Source: Clostridia bacterium
GTDB taxonomy: Bacteria; Bacillota; Clostridia; TANB77; CAG-508
Direction of reading: 5' to 3'
Assembly: GCA_900754085.1 (NCBI GenBank)
Contig: CAAEBO010000057.1
Location: 7,578 to 71,577, forward strand
Length of the DNA stretch: 64,000 nucleotides
Part shown: one piece after another, positions 45,487 through 56,441 of the stretch
How the letters are laid out: each line of letters begins with the position of its first letter
How positions within the stretch are numbered: the first letter of the stretch is position 1
Notes under the pieces: generated by a model
Told to the model about the DNA's origin: nothing
The model's input: only the letters and a program-made list of their open reading frames with translations
Databases searched by the model: none
Translations under genes and position numbers: made by a program

Positions 45487-47826
45487 TTGGAAAAGGAAAA
45501 TTTAAAAGGCTTAACAGAAAAACAAGTAGAAGAAAGAATAAAAGATGGTAAAGTAAACAAAGTAGAAGACAATAAAACAAGAACTAATTGGGAAATTATT
45601 AGAGATAATGTATGTACATTGTTTAACTTATTCAATCTTTTAATTGCAATTGCTTTAATAGCAGTTAAAGCATATACTAATTTAGCATATATGCTAATTA
45701 TAGTAGTAAATATTATAATTGGAGTAGTGCAAGAAATACATGCAAGAAACCTAGTACAAAAACTATCTGTATTAAAAGTTTCTAAGGCAAATGTAATTAG
45801 AGATGAAAAAGAAAAAGAAATAAATATAGATGAAATAGTACTAGATGACTTAATTGTATTAGATTCAGGAAAGCAAATTTGTGCAGACTCTGTAGTAATG
45901 AGTGGAGAAGTAGAAGTTAATGAATCATTACTTACAGGTGAGTCAGATACTATATTAAAACAAAAAGGTGATAAACTATTATCTGGAAGTTATGTAGTTA
46001 GTGGAAAATGCTATTCTAAAGTAGAAAAAGTTGGAAAAGATAATTTTGCAGAACAAATTACAAGTGAAACAAAGAAATATAAAAGAGCAGAGTCAGAACT
46101 TGTAAATTCTATGAAGAAGGTTACAAATTTTACTAGTTTTGTAATAATACCAGTAGGATTAATACTTTTTGTTCAAGCATATTTCTTTAGAAATGTTGAT
46201 ATAACAAATTCTGTTGTTTCTACTGCAGCAGCATTATTAGGAATGCTACCTAAAGGATTAATGCTTCTTATAACAATATCTTTAGCAACAGGTGTAATAA
46301 AACTTGCTAAAAAACGTGTATTAGTACAAGATTTATACAGTGTAGAAACATTAGCACATATAGACACTTTGTGTTTAGACAAAACAGGTACAATTACAGA
46401 AGGAAGAATGAAAGTTGATAATGTAAAAATATATAATGAAAAATGTTTACCACATCCTATGCAAAAAATGATGACAGCATTTGTAAACGAAATGTCAGAT
46501 AATAACGCGACTTTTATGGCGCTTAAAGACTATTACAAAGGTGAAGATAAATTCGAAGTAGAGGATAATATGGCATTTTCTTCTGAAAGAAAATGGAGTT
46601 CAATAAGTTTTAAAGAAATTGGCTCTATAGTATTAGGAGCGCCAGAACGTTTAATAGAAAAAAGTAAAATGGAAATGCCAGAAGAAATTGTAACAGCACA
46701 AAAAGCAGGAAAAAGAATGCTATTTGTAGGTTATTCAAAAGAAGTCGTAAGTAATGAAAACTTACCAAACTTAGAAATTATTGCAGCTATAACATTAGAT
46801 GATCCACTAAGAAAAAATGCAAAAGAAATGTTAGGATTCTTTAAGACACAGTCTGTAGATATAAAAATAATTTCAGGAGATAATCCATTAACTGTTTCTA
46901 GCATAGCTAAAAAAGCAGGATTAGAATCATATGATTCATATATAGATTTATCAACAATAACATCAGATGATCAAATTCCAGAGTTAGTAGATAAATACAG
47001 TGTATTTGCAAGGGTTATGCCACATCAAAAAAGCTTAATAGTAAAAGCCCTTCAAGAAAAAGGACATTCTGTAGCAATGACAGGTGATGGGGTAAATGAT
47101 GTTGTTGCGCTTAAACAAGCGGATTGTAGTATAACATTACCAGAAGCTTCAGATATAGCAAGACAAGTTTCACAAATTGTATTACTAAATTCAGATTTTA
47201 GTGTACTAAAAGATGTATTAATGGAAGGAAGAAGAGTTGTTAATAATATAACAAATGTAGCTAGAATATTCTTTATTAAAACAATATATTCTATGTTACT
47301 AGCACTATTTAATATAGTAACAAATACAGCATTCCCATTCATACCAATACAAATAACACTAATAGACTTAGCAATAGAAGGTTATACATCATTCTTCTTA
47401 TCTTTCTTAGAAAATTCAAAACCATTAAAAGGAACCTTCTTGCGAACAGTAATAAAAAATGCACTGCCATATGCTTTAACAATAATTATTAGTATTATAA
47501 TTATAACATTTACTAAAGCAGGTATGGGGCTAAACTTAGAAGAATCTCACACTCTTATGTATTTAATTATAGGTGGTGTAAGTATTTTTGCAGTAATAGA
47601 AGCATGTAGACCATTTAACAGAATAAGTACATTCTTATGTACAACAACAGCAGTTGGATTTTTCTTTGCAGCAATTTTATTTAAAAAGTTATTACATTTA
47701 ACAGCTATAAATGAACAAGTAATAATTATATTAGGAGCTAGTCTAATTTTGGCATATATTGTAGTTACAGGTCTTAAATATCTAATTAATAATTTAAGTA
47801 GCGATTTAGAAAAAGCAAGAGAATAA
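45487..47826 (+). CDS. Cation-transporting P-type ATPase (TTG start)
   Basis: TGES, CLDKTGTITEG, MTGDGVNDVVALKQAD. AAGGAG Shine-Dalgarno 9 nt before the TTG. Confidence 0.9.
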   Translation: MEKENLKGLTEKQVEERIKDGKVNKVEDNKTRTNWEIIRDNVCTLFNLFNLLIAIALIAVKAYTNLAYMLIIVVNIIIGVVQEIHARNLVQKLSVLKVSKANVIRDEKEKEINIDEIVLDDLIVLDSGKQICADSVVMSGEVEVNESLLTGESDTILKQKGDKLLSGSYVVSGKCYSKVEKVGKDNFAEQITSETKKYKRAESELVNSMKKVTNFTSFVIIPVGLILFVQAYFFRNVDITNSVVSTAAALLGMLPKGLMLLITISLATGVIKLAKKRVLVQDLYSVETLAHIDTLCLDKTGTITEGRMKVDNVKIYNEKCLPHPMQKMMTAFVNEMSDNNATFMALKDYYKGEDKFEVEDNMAFSSERKWSSISFKEIGSIVLGAPERLIEKSKMEMPEEIVTAQKAGKRMLFVGYSKEVVSNENLPNLEIIAAITLDDPLRKNAKEMLGFFKTQSVDIKIISGDNPLTVSSIAKKAGLESYDSYIDLSTITSDDQIPELVDKYSVFARVMPHQKSLIVKALQEKGHSVAMTGDGVNDVVALKQADCSITLPEASDIARQVSQIVLLNSDFSVLKDVLMEGRRVVNNITNVARIFFIKTIYSMLLALFNIVTNTAFPFIPIQITLIDLAIEGYTSFFLSFLENSKPLKGTFLRTVIKNALPYALTIIISIIIITFTKAGMGLNLEESHTLMYLIIGGVSIFAVIEACRPFNRISTFLCTTTAVGFFFAAILFKKLLHLTAINEQVIIILGASLILAYIVVTGLKYLINNLSSDLEKARE

Positions 47827-47837
47827 TAGGTGATGTA

Positions 47838-48638
47838 ATGCAAAATATATTCTTAAATATATTTTTAATAATAGGAATTTTATTAATATATAGTGGAGTA
47901 TCTGGAATAGCAACAGATATATATAGAAAAAGAAAAATACTAAATAGAACATATTTAATACTAATGCTAGGAATTATGGTGGTTTTTTCTGCCATAATTC
48001 CAAATTTAATTGATAACAAAATAACCTTATTTATAAAATATATATCAATATATTTTACTATTACTTTTGTTATATTTTGTATATTAAGTATAATAGTTAA
48101 TCTTAATATTGGTAAAAAAACATATAATGCAATAATTGTTTTAGGTGGATATTTGCTAAATGGTAACCAATTAACAAGAGCACTAACAAAACGATTAAAC
48201 TTAGCTATAAAATTGTATAATAATCAAAAAGAAAAACCTAAAATTATTGTATCTGGAGGAAAAATAAGAGAAGAAACAATATCTGAAGCAGAAGTAATGG
48301 AACAGTATTTAGTAAGTAAAAATATTCCGATAAAGGATATTATAAAAGAGAATGAATCTAAAAATACTTTAGAAAATTTTAAGTTTTCTAAGAAAAAACT
48401 AGAAGAACTTAATATAAATGAAAATATAGCATTTGTAAGTAATAATTTTCATATATTAAGGTCAAAAATATATTCATTAAAGTGTAAAATAAAAGCTAAT
48501 GGAGTAGGTGCAAAAACTTTATGGTATTATTTTATAGAAGCTTTTATAAATGAATATTTAGCACTTGTGTTATTGTTTAAAAGTATATTAATTATATATT
48601 GCATTATATCAATTTTTTTAACAATAATAGCAAAATAA
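47838..48638 (+). CDS. YdcF/ElyC-like DUF218 membrane protein
   Basis: N-terminal TM helices, then IIVLGG ... IIVSGG ... SEAEVM pattern. Confidence 0.65.
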   Translation: MQNIFLNIFLIIGILLIYSGVSGIATDIYRKRKILNRTYLILMLGIMVVFSAIIPNLIDNKITLFIKYISIYFTITFVIFCILSIIVNLNIGKKTYNAIIVLGGYLLNGNQLTRALTKRLNLAIKLYNNQKEKPKIIVSGGKIREETISEAEVMEQYLVSKNIPIKDIIKENESKNTLENFKFSKKKLEELNINENIAFVSNNFHILRSKIYSLKCKIKANGVGAKTLWYYFIEAFINEYLALVLLFKSILIIYCIISIFLTIIAK

Positions 48639-48670
48639 AGTTAGGTATATAACAATGAAAGGAATAAAAA

Positions 48671-49270
48671 ATGAAAAAATATGGCTTCTTTGGAGGGAGT
48701 TTTAATCCACCAACTAAGGCTCACGAAATATTAGCAAAAGAGATAGCAATTACCTTTAATCTTGATAAAGTATATTTTGTACCGGTAGGAAACTTTTATA
48801 ATAAAGAAGAACTAATAGATGAAAGTAAAAGATTTGAAATGCTTAATCTTATAAAAAATGATAAAATAGAAGTTTTAGACATAGAATTAAACTCTAAAGA
48901 AAAATTGCAAACCATAGATGCTTTTAATTTAATAAACAATAAATTTAATGTATCCGAAAATTATTTTATTTTGGGTGGAGATAACATAGAAAAATTACCA
49001 AATTGGAAAGAAGCAGAAAAATGCTTAAATAATAAAATTATTGCTGTTAAAAGAGGAAAAAGAATAGAAGATATAATAGAAAATAATAAATTGTTAAAAC
49101 TAAACAAAGAAAAAATATTTATATACGACACTAATAAATTAGCAAATTATAGTTCAACAGAAGTGAGAAATGCAATAAAAAATAATAACAAAGAAATATT
49201 AAAAGAAATGCTTAACGAAAAAGTGTATTCATATGTAAAAGAGAATATGTTATATAAAGGAGAAAAATAG
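48671..49270 (+). CDS. nadD: Nicotinate-nucleotide adenylyltransferase
   Basis: GFFGGSFNPPTKAHE and SSTEVR. Confidence 0.85.
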   Translation: MKKYGFFGGSFNPPTKAHEILAKEIAITFNLDKVYFVPVGNFYNKEELIDESKRFEMLNLIKNDKIEVLDIELNSKEKLQTIDAFNLINNKFNVSENYFILGGDNIEKLPNWKEAEKCLNNKIIAVKRGKRIEDIIENNKLLKLNKEKIFIYDTNKLANYSSTEVRNAIKNNNKEILKEMLNEKVYSYVKENMLYKGEK

Positions 49271-50388
49271 TGAAAATATTATTAGTAATGGACCAATTCG
49301 AAAATGCAAATAATGGTACAACAATTTCTGCAATAAGGTTTGCAGATGGACTAAAAAAGAGAGGACACGAAGTAAGAATATTAAGTACAGGAACAGAAGG
49401 AGAAAATAAATATGTGGTAAAAACATTAAAATTACCAATAGGTGTTTCTAATATTATAAAATCGCAAGGAATGTGCTTTGGTGTACCAGATAAGGAGATA
49501 ATAAGAAAAGCAATGGAAGGGGTAGATATTGTACATTTTTATATGCCTTTTTGGCTTTCTAAGGCTAGTTTAAAAATTGCAGAAGAATTAAAAATTCCTC
49601 ATACAGCTGCTTTTCATGTTCAACCAGAAAATATAACATATACAATAAAATTAGGAAATAATAAAATAGTTAATAAAACAATATATAGTAAGTTTAGAGA
49701 TGATTTCTTTAATAAATTTAGACATATACATTGCCCAAGTAAATTTATTGCGAATCAATTAGAAGAAAATAATTATACTGCAAAGCTACATGTTATTTCT
49801 AATGGAATACAAAATAAATTTCAGTTTACTCCAAAAGAGAAACATGATAAAATAGTAATAACTATGGTAGGCAGATTATCTGGTGAAAAAAGACAAGACT
49901 TATTATTTGAAGCAATAAAAAAATCTAAATATGAAAAGAAAATTCAATTAGTACTGGCAGGAAAAGGACCTAAATACAAACAATATGTTCAATTAGGAAA
50001 AACATTAACAAATGAACCAATTATAACATTTATAGATGAAAACAAATTATTAAAGTTATTAGCAAATACAGATTTATATGTACATACATCAGATGCAGAA
50101 ATAGAGGCTATTTCTTGCTTAGAAGCAATTGCTTGTGGTAATGTACCTATTATAGCAAATAGCGAAAGATCTGCAACACCACAATTTGCTTTAGACGAAA
50201 GAAGTTTATTTGAAGCAGGTAACAGTGATGATTTAGCAAAAAAAATAGATATGTGGTTATATAACACAGAAGAATTAAATAATATGAGAAAAATATATAG
50301 TGAAAGCGCAGAAGAATATAGAATAGAGAAAAGTATGGAGAAAATAGAGGAGATGTTTAATGATGAAATTAAAGAATACAATATTTAA
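49270..50388 (+). CDS. GT4-family glycosyltransferase (glycolipid-synthase-like)
   Basis: GT-B pattern with C-terminal E..(S/G)....EA.A.G.P. GTG start after AAAGGAG. Confidence 0.7.
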   Translation: MKILLVMDQFENANNGTTISAIRFADGLKKRGHEVRILSTGTEGENKYVVKTLKLPIGVSNIIKSQGMCFGVPDKEIIRKAMEGVDIVHFYMPFWLSKASLKIAEELKIPHTAAFHVQPENITYTIKLGNNKIVNKTIYSKFRDDFFNKFRHIHCPSKFIANQLEENNYTAKLHVISNGIQNKFQFTPKEKHDKIVITMVGRLSGEKRQDLLFEAIKKSKYEKKIQLVLAGKGPKYKQYVQLGKTLTNEPIITFIDENKLLKLLANTDLYVHTSDAEIEAISCLEAIACGNVPIIANSERSATPQFALDERSLFEAGNSDDLAKKIDMWLYNTEELNNMRKIYSESAEEYRIEKSMEKIEEMFNDEIKEYNI

Positions 50389-51070
50389 TTTTTTCGCAAA
50401 CATATTTTATTATCTTATTGCAGTACCAATAGTGTTTTTAATAGATAAAATATTTCTGGACTATAAAGTAGTAGGAAGAGAGAATATAAAGAAAGTTCCA
50501 GAAGGAAAAATAACAATATCTAATCATATGCATTATTTAGATTGCACAATGAATGGGCTTGCAAATTTTCCCGATTACTCATATTTTGTTACATTGGAAT
50601 CAAATTTTAAAATACCTATAGTAGGACCATTAATAAAACTATTAAGAGCAATTCCAATACCAACAAAAATAGAAGAGAAAAAGCAATTTTACAAATACAT
50701 TTCTAAACTTTTACAAGAAGGAGAAACAATACATATATATCCAGAAGGAGAATTACGTGTGTACGAAAAAGAATTAAATAAATTCCATAAAGGTGCATTT
50801 GCAATGGCAGTAGAAAACAATGTACCAATAATTCCAACAGTAATAACAACACATAGCCCAGAAGGAATTTATAAATACATAAAAACAAAGCCAGTAATGA
50901 CGCATGTAATATTAGAACCAATATATCCAGATTTATCAATAGAAAACAAATTAGAAAGAATAGAAAAATTAAAACAAGAATCATATTATAGAATGAAAGA
51001 AGTTCTAGAAAGAACAGAATTATGTTATGAAATAGGGATCGAGGGACGGTCCTTAAAATCCCTTTTTTAA
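50360..51070 (+). CDS. plsC: 1-acyl-sn-glycerol-3-phosphate acyltransferase-like protein; the last 12 codons and the stop are supplied by a palindromic repeat
   Basis: SNHMHYLDC (HX4D), IYPEGE. The C-terminal GIEGRSLKSLF is encoded by repeat copy B. Confidence 0.75.
   Translation: MMKLKNTIFNFFANIFYYLIAVPIVFLIDKIFLDYKVVGRENIKKVPEGKITISNHMHYLDCTMNGLANFPDYSYFVTLESNFKIPIVGPLIKLLRAIPIPTKIEEKKQFYKYISKLLQEGETIHIYPEGELRVYEKELNKFHKGAFAMAVENNVPIIPTVITTHSPEGIYKYIKTKPVMTHVILEPIYPDLSIENKLERIEKLKQESYYRMKEVLERTELCYEIGIEGRSLKSLF
51035..51062 (+). repeat. Palindromic dispersed repeat, copy B
   Basis: GGGATCGAGGGACGGTCCTTAAAATCCC. Its 3' arm also pairs with the downstream GGGATTTT (51056-51083 palindrome). 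Confidence 0.85.
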
Positions 51071-51126
51071 AAAAGGGATTTTAAAAATATCTTTGGAGTT
51101 AGCATATATAAAAAAATAGTGATAAG

Positions 51127-51161
51127 AAAAAGCAATGTAATAAAAAAACACATTGCTTTTT
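51127..51161 (+). terminator. Terminator upstream of argS
   Basis: AAAAAGCAATGT / ACATTGCTTTTT, a perfect 12-bp stem. Confidence 0.75.
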
Positions 51162-51164
51162 TTG

Positions 51165-51193
51165 TTGCAATATATAAGCATTTATTATATAAT
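51165..51193 (+). promoter_or_regulatory. Sigma-A-type promoter of argS
   Basis: TTGCAA (51165-51170), 17-nt spacer, TATAAT (51188-51193). Confidence 0.65.
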
Positions 51194-51227
51194 AAGCACG
51201 GAAAATAGGATAGGATAAGGTGATTTT

Positions 51228-52934
51228 ATGATAGATTTTAAAGAGAAAATAGCAGAAGAAATAAGCAAAAAAATAGACATTACAAAAGATGAATTAAAAG
51301 AATATTTAGAAATACCAAAAGATAGCAAAATGGGAGATTATGCACTTCCTTGTTTTAAACTTGCAAAACAAATGAGAAAATCACCAGTAGAAATTGCTAA
51401 TGGAATAAAAGAAGAAATAAAGGTTCCAAATGATTATATTTCTAAAATTGATGCAGTAAATGGTTTTTTAAATATATTTATAAATAATGAAATATTAATA
51501 AAAGATTTATTAAACGAAATGGAAAACAAAAAAGAAGCATATGGATCTTCAAACATAGGAAATGGCAAAAATATAATAGTAGAATATTCTTCACCTAATA
51601 TTGCAAAGCCATTTCATGTTGGGCATTTAAGAACAACAGTAATAGGAAGAGCTATATATAATATGTATAAATTTCTTGGGTATAATACTATTGGAATTAA
51701 CCATTTAGGAGATTGGGGAACACAATTTGGAAAACTAATAGAAGGTTATAAAAGATTTGGAAACGAATATAATTTAGAAGAAAGTCCAATAGACAAACTT
51801 ACAGAAATTTATGTAAGAATTAATGAATTATGTAAAGAAGATGAATCTGTATTAGAAGATTGCAGAAACAATTTTAAGAAACTAGAAGATGGAGATGAAT
51901 ATTGTACAGACATTTGGAAGAAATTTAAAGATCTAAGTTTAAAAGAGTTCCAAAGAATATATGATATTTTAGATGTTCATTTTGATTCAAATAATGGTGA
52001 ATCTTTCTATACAGACAAGATGCCAGAAATAGTAGAAATTTTAAGAAAGAATAATAAATTAGTAAAATCACAAGGAGCGGAAATAGTAGATTTAGATTAT
52101 GCAGATATACCACCATTAATGGTAGCAAAATCTAATGGGTCAACAACATATGCTACAAGGGACTTAGCAGCAGTAGTATATAGAGCAAGAACATATGATT
52201 TTGAAAAATGTATATATGTAGTTGGATCTGAGCAAATATTGCACTTTAAACAAGTATTTGAAGTTGCAAAATATTTAGATTTAGACGAAAAATATACAAA
52301 TGGATTAATACATGTACCTTATGGAATGGTAAGATTAAAAACAGGAAGAATGTCTACAAGAGAGGGAACTTTAATAAAATTAGAAGATATTTTAAATGAA
52401 GCAATAACAAGAGCAAAAGCAATAATAGAACAAAAAAATCCAAACTTAGCAGGAAAAGAAGAAGTAGCAAAAAAAGTTGGAATAGGTGCAGTAATTTTTA
52501 ACGATTTATCTAATAATATTATTAAAGATGAAGTTTTCGATTGGGATATTATGCTTAATTTCCAAGGAGAAACAGGACCATATATACAATATATGTATGT
52601 AAGAACAAAGAGTATACTAGAAAAAGAAAACTACACTATGGATAAAAACTTAGTAGATATTTCAGAAATAGAGAAAAATGGAATGGAAGTTGTAAAACAA
52701 CTTTATAAATTTGAAGAAACAATAAAACAGGCAATAGACAAAAATGAACCATCAATAATAGCACGTTACTTAATAGAAATTGCTAAGTTATATAGTAGCT
52801 TTTATAATGATAACAAAATATTAGTAGAAGATGAAAAAATAAAAAATACAAGACTTTGTTTAACATATATGGTTGGTAATGTATTAAAAATAGGCGCAAA
52901 TCTATTAGGAATGGAAATGCCAGACAGAATGTAA
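51228..52934 (+). CDS. argS: Arginine--tRNA ligase
   Basis: SSPNIAKPFHVGHLR (HIGH region), MSTREG, C-terminal anticodon-binding domain. Confidence 0.95.
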   Translation: MIDFKEKIAEEISKKIDITKDELKEYLEIPKDSKMGDYALPCFKLAKQMRKSPVEIANGIKEEIKVPNDYISKIDAVNGFLNIFINNEILIKDLLNEMENKKEAYGSSNIGNGKNIIVEYSSPNIAKPFHVGHLRTTVIGRAIYNMYKFLGYNTIGINHLGDWGTQFGKLIEGYKRFGNEYNLEESPIDKLTEIYVRINELCKEDESVLEDCRNNFKKLEDGDEYCTDIWKKFKDLSLKEFQRIYDILDVHFDSNNGESFYTDKMPEIVEILRKNNKLVKSQGAEIVDLDYADIPPLMVAKSNGSTTYATRDLAAVVYRARTYDFEKCIYVVGSEQILHFKQVFEVAKYLDLDEKYTNGLIHVPYGMVRLKTGRMSTREGTLIKLEDILNEAITRAKAIIEQKNPNLAGKEEVAKKVGIGAVIFNDLSNNIIKDEVFDWDIMLNFQGETGPYIQYMYVRTKSILEKENYTMDKNLVDISEIEKNGMEVVKQLYKFEETIKQAIDKNEPSIIARYLIEIAKLYSSFYNDNKILVEDEKIKNTRLCLTYMVGNVLKIGANLLGMEMPDRM

Positions 52935-53013
52935 AAAAGTAGTTTTGCTACATAAGAAATTAATTGATAATTACACGTAATAAGGTAGTTTAACCGTATT
53001 ACATAAGAAAAGA

Positions 53014-53042
53014 GGGATTTTAAGGACCGTCCCCGAAATCCC
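53014..53042 (-). repeat. Palindromic dispersed repeat, copy C (inverted orientation)
   Basis: GGGATTTTAAGGACCGTCCCCGAAATCCC. Confidence 0.85.
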
Positions 53043-53061
53043 TGTGAAGGAGGAAAAAAAT

Positions 53062-54426
53062 ATGGGAAAATATTTTGAAACAGATGGAATTAGAAGAATT
53101 GCAAATACGGAGTTAACTCCAGAATTGGTTTATAAAGTTGCAAAGGCAGGAGCTTATGTATTAGCTAAGCATTCTGACCACAGCCCAACAATTTTAATTG
53201 GTAGAGATACTAGAATTTCTGGAAGTTTAATAGAGAGTGCAATGACTGCAGGTTTTTTAAGCTATGGAGCAAATGTAAAACAATTAGGTGTTTTGCCAAC
53301 ACCAGCTGTTGCATATTTAACTAGAAAACTAAAAGCAGATGCAAGTGTTGTAATATCTGCATCTCATAATACTTATGAATTTAATGGCGTAAAATACTTT
53401 AGTAATGAAGGTACAAAAATACCAGACAATATAGAAGCAGAAATAGAAGAAGTTATGGACTCTGGTAAATTAGATGAGCTTACAGCGTGTAACGATAAAA
53501 TAGGAATATCTGAAAACGCAGAAGAATTAGTAGACGAATATGTATATTTCTTTAGAAAAACATTTGAAGAGATTATAGAAAAGTATAATACAGATGATTT
53601 TAAAGTTGTAATAGATACAGCAAATGGAGCAACATATGAAGTTGCAGAAAAAGTATTTTCTAAATTAAAAATTAATCACAAAATTATAAATAATGCTCCT
53701 AATGGAATAAATATTAATAAAAACTGTGGATCAACACATTTAGAAATGCTTCAAAAATATGTAGTAGAAAATGGCTATAGCTTAGGAATAGCATATGATG
53801 GTGATGGCGACAGATGTTTATTAGTTGATGAAAATGGTGAAGTTATAGATGGTGACAGAATACTAGCAATTGTTTCAAACTATATGAAACAAAAAGGTAC
53901 ATTAAAGAAAGATACTTTAGTTGCAACAGTTATGAGTAATTTGGGATTAGATATATATTCTAAAGAAAATAATATTAATTTTGTTAGAACAAAAGTAGGA
54001 GATAGATATGTATTAGAAGAAATGAAGAAAAACGGATATAACCTAGGAGGAGAACAATCTGGACATATTATATTCTTAGATTACAATCCAACAGGAGATG
54101 GAATATTAACTTCATTAATGTTTATTTCTATAATGTTAGAAAAAGCAGAAAAGGCAAGCAAACTAGAAGAAATAATAAATATATATCCTCAAGTACTTAT
54201 AAATGCAAAAGTTTCTAACGAAAAGAAATATGATTTTGACAAAGATGCAGTTATTAGAAGTGCAATAGAAGAAGTAGAAAGAGAATTTTCTGGAAGCGGA
54301 AGAGTTTTAATAAGAACATCTGGAACAGAACCATTAGTAAGAGTTATGATAGAAGGTAAAGACCAAGAATATATAACTGAAAAAGCTAAATCTATAGCAG
54401 AATTAATAGAACAAAGATTAAGCTAA
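53062..54426 (+). CDS. glmM: Phosphoglucosamine mutase
   Basis: MGKYFETDGIRR, ISASHNTYEFNGVKYF, DGDGDR. GAAGGAGG Shine-Dalgarno 7 nt before ATG 53062; the ORF-track GTG 53044 lies in the repeat. Confidence 0.95.
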   Translation: MGKYFETDGIRRIANTELTPELVYKVAKAGAYVLAKHSDHSPTILIGRDTRISGSLIESAMTAGFLSYGANVKQLGVLPTPAVAYLTRKLKADASVVISASHNTYEFNGVKYFSNEGTKIPDNIEAEIEEVMDSGKLDELTACNDKIGISENAEELVDEYVYFFRKTFEEIIEKYNTDDFKVVIDTANGATYEVAEKVFSKLKINHKIINNAPNGININKNCGSTHLEMLQKYVVENGYSLGIAYDGDGDRCLLVDENGEVIDGDRILAIVSNYMKQKGTLKKDTLVATVMSNLGLDIYSKENNINFVRTKVGDRYVLEEMKKNGYNLGGEQSGHIIFLDYNPTGDGILTSLMFISIMLEKAEKASKLEEIINIYPQVLINAKVSNEKKYDFDKDAVIRSAIEEVEREFSGSGRVLIRTSGTEPLVRVMIEGKDQEYITEKAKSIAELIEQRLS

Positions 54427-54452
54427 AAAATAAATAAAGGAAGATGATGTAA

Positions 54453-56039
54453 ATGGATAGAAAAACATATTATATAACTACTCCAATTTATTATCCAAGT
54501 GGAAAATTCCATATTGGTACAGCATATACAGAGGTATTTGCAAATACAATGAAAAAATATAAGCAAAAAAGGGGATATGATGCATATCTTTTAACAGGAC
54601 TAGATGAACATGGGCAAAAAGTTCAAACTGTTGCAGAGAATGCTGGAAAGACTCCACAAGAACACACTGACGAAATGGCAGAAAACGCAAAAAAACTTTG
54701 GAAAAAGATGAATATAGAATATGATGATTTTATAAGAACAACAGAACCAAGGCACTATAAAATTGTAGAAGATATTTTTGAAAAACTTTTAGCAAAAGGG
54801 GACATTTATAAAGGCGAATATGAAGGATGGTATTGTATGCCATGTGAAACATATTTTACAGAAACACAATTAGTAGATGGAAAATGTCCAGATTGCGGTA
54901 GAGAAGTTAAGAAAATGAAAGAAGAAGCATATTTCTTTAATATGAAAAAATATGCAGATAAACTAATACAATTTTATGAAGAAAATCCAAAATTTATAGA
55001 ACCAGAATCTAGAAAAAATGAAATATTTAACAATTTCTTAAAACCAGGTTTAGAAGATTTATGTATAACAAGAACTACATTCGACTGGGGTGTAAAAGTA
55101 AAAAGTGATCCTAAACATGTTGTATATGTGTGGCTTGATGCACTAACAAACTATATTACAGCTTTAGGCTATGGATCTAATAATGAAGATTTATTTAACA
55201 AATATTGGCCAGCAGACTTACATGTTGTTGGTAAAGATATTATAAGATTTCATGGAATATATTGGCCAATTTTCTTAATGGCATTAGATTTACCACTTCC
55301 AAAGAAAATTTATGCACATGGATTTATAATGATGAAAGATGGTAAAATGTCTAAATCTAAAGGAAATGTAATTTATCCAGAAATTTTAGTGGATAAATAT
55401 GGCATAGATGCCACAAAATATTTCTTAATTAGAGAATTTCCATATGGGCAAGACACAATATTTACACCAGAGGGTTTTGTTGAAAGATTTAATTATGATT
55501 TGTGTAATGATTTAGGAAACTTATTAAATAGAACAATAGGAATGATAAATAAATATTTTGATGGAAATATTTATAAATATAATGGTCACCAAAATGAACC
55601 TGACGAAGAAATAGAAAAATATTCATTAGAACAAATAAGAATTGTAGAAGAGAAAATGGAAAATTTACATTTAAATGAAGCATTAGCAGAAATTTGGAAC
55701 TTAATTTCTAGAACAAATAAATATATAGACGAAACAGCTCCATGGTTACTTGCAAAAGATGAAGATATGCAAGAAAAATTAAAGTCTGTAATGTATCATT
55801 TATGTGAAAACTTAAGAAAAGTTGCGATATTAATTAGTCCATTTATGGAAGAAACATCAAATAGAATATTTAATCAATTAGGATTAAATAACGAAAATCT
55901 ACAAACATGGGAAAGTTTATATGAATATGATAAAATTCCTGACTCTACAAAGGTAATAGAAAAGGGAGAACCTCTATTTGTAAGGTTAGATTTAGAAGAA
56001 GAAGTTTCTTATATAAAAGAACAAATGTCAAAAAAATAG
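54453..56039 (+). CDS. metG: Methionine--tRNA ligase (short form)
   Basis: [20 protein letters not shown], zinc knuckle CMPCE...[13 protein letters not shown]. Confidence 0.95.
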   Translation: MDRKTYYITTPIYYPSGKFHIGTAYTEVFANTMKKYKQKRGYDAYLLTGLDEHGQKVQTVAENAGKTPQEHTDEMAENAKKLWKKMNIEYDDFIRTTEPRHYKIVEDIFEKLLAKGDIYKGEYEGWYCMPCETYFTETQLVDGKCPDCGREVKKMKEEAYFFNMKKYADKLIQFYEENPKFIEPESRKNEIFNNFLKPGLEDLCITRTTFDWGVKVKSDPKHVVYVWLDALTNYITALGYGSNNEDLFNKYWPADLHVVGKDIIRFHGIYWPIFLMALDLPLPKKIYAHGFIMMKDGKMSKSKGNVIYPEILVDKYGIDATKYFLIREFPYGQDTIFTPEGFVERFNYDLCNDLGNLLNRTIGMINKYFDGNIYKYNGHQNEPDEEIEKYSLEQIRIVEEKMENLHLNEALAEIWNLISRTNKYIDETAPWLLAKDEDMQEKLKSVMYHLCENLRKVAILISPFMEETSNRIFNQLGLNNENLQTWESLYEYDKIPDSTKVIEKGEPLFVRLDLEEEVSYIKEQMSKK

Positions 56040-56099
56040 AATTTACATGAGTATATTAAATTTAAAGAGAATAACTATAATTTAAGGAGGAAAATTTAT

Positions 56100-56414
56100 T
56101 TGGAATTAGACCTATTAAATAACATTATTAGGGGGCAAAACGATATTGATATTAATCAATTTAAAAGGGAGCTAACAAATAAATTAGAAGAAATGGAAAA
56201 TAGATTTACAGTTGATAGAATTGAAAATGATATAGCAATTTTAGAAAATCGTGATACAGGCGAAATGCTTAATGTAAATAAGAGTGATTTACCACAAGAA
56301 TTAAAAGAAGGAACAATTTTAAAAATGGTTAACAACAAATATGAAATAGACAACGAGGAACAAAAAAAAGTTGAAGACAGAATACGAGAAAAAATGAATA
56401 AATTGTGGAAATAG
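56100..56414 (+). CDS. DUF3006-like small protein (TTG start)
   Basis: FTVDRIENDIAILENRDTGEMLNVNKSDLPQELKEGTIL. AAGGAGG Shine-Dalgarno 9 nt before the TTG. Confidence 0.6.
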   Translation: MELDLLNNIIRGQNDIDINQFKRELTNKLEEMENRFTVDRIENDIAILENRDTGEMLNVNKSDLPQELKEGTILKMVNNKYEIDNEEQKKVEDRIREKMNKLWK

Positions 56415-56441
56415 AACAAAAGAAAGAATGGAGTAAGTAAC

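Noticed and set aside
51071-51227. T-box leaders upstream of argS and metG
   Set aside because: The argS upstream region holds only a terminator and a promoter about 35 nt from the ATG. metG starts 26 nt after glmM. There is no specifier or T-box sequence and no room for one.
53044-53061. GTG 53044 as the start of glmM (ORF-track start)
   Set aside because: That codon lies just past the edge of repeat copy C. A GAAGGAGG Shine-Dalgarno is correctly spaced for ATG 53062, and GlmM proteins typically begin MGKYFGTDG.
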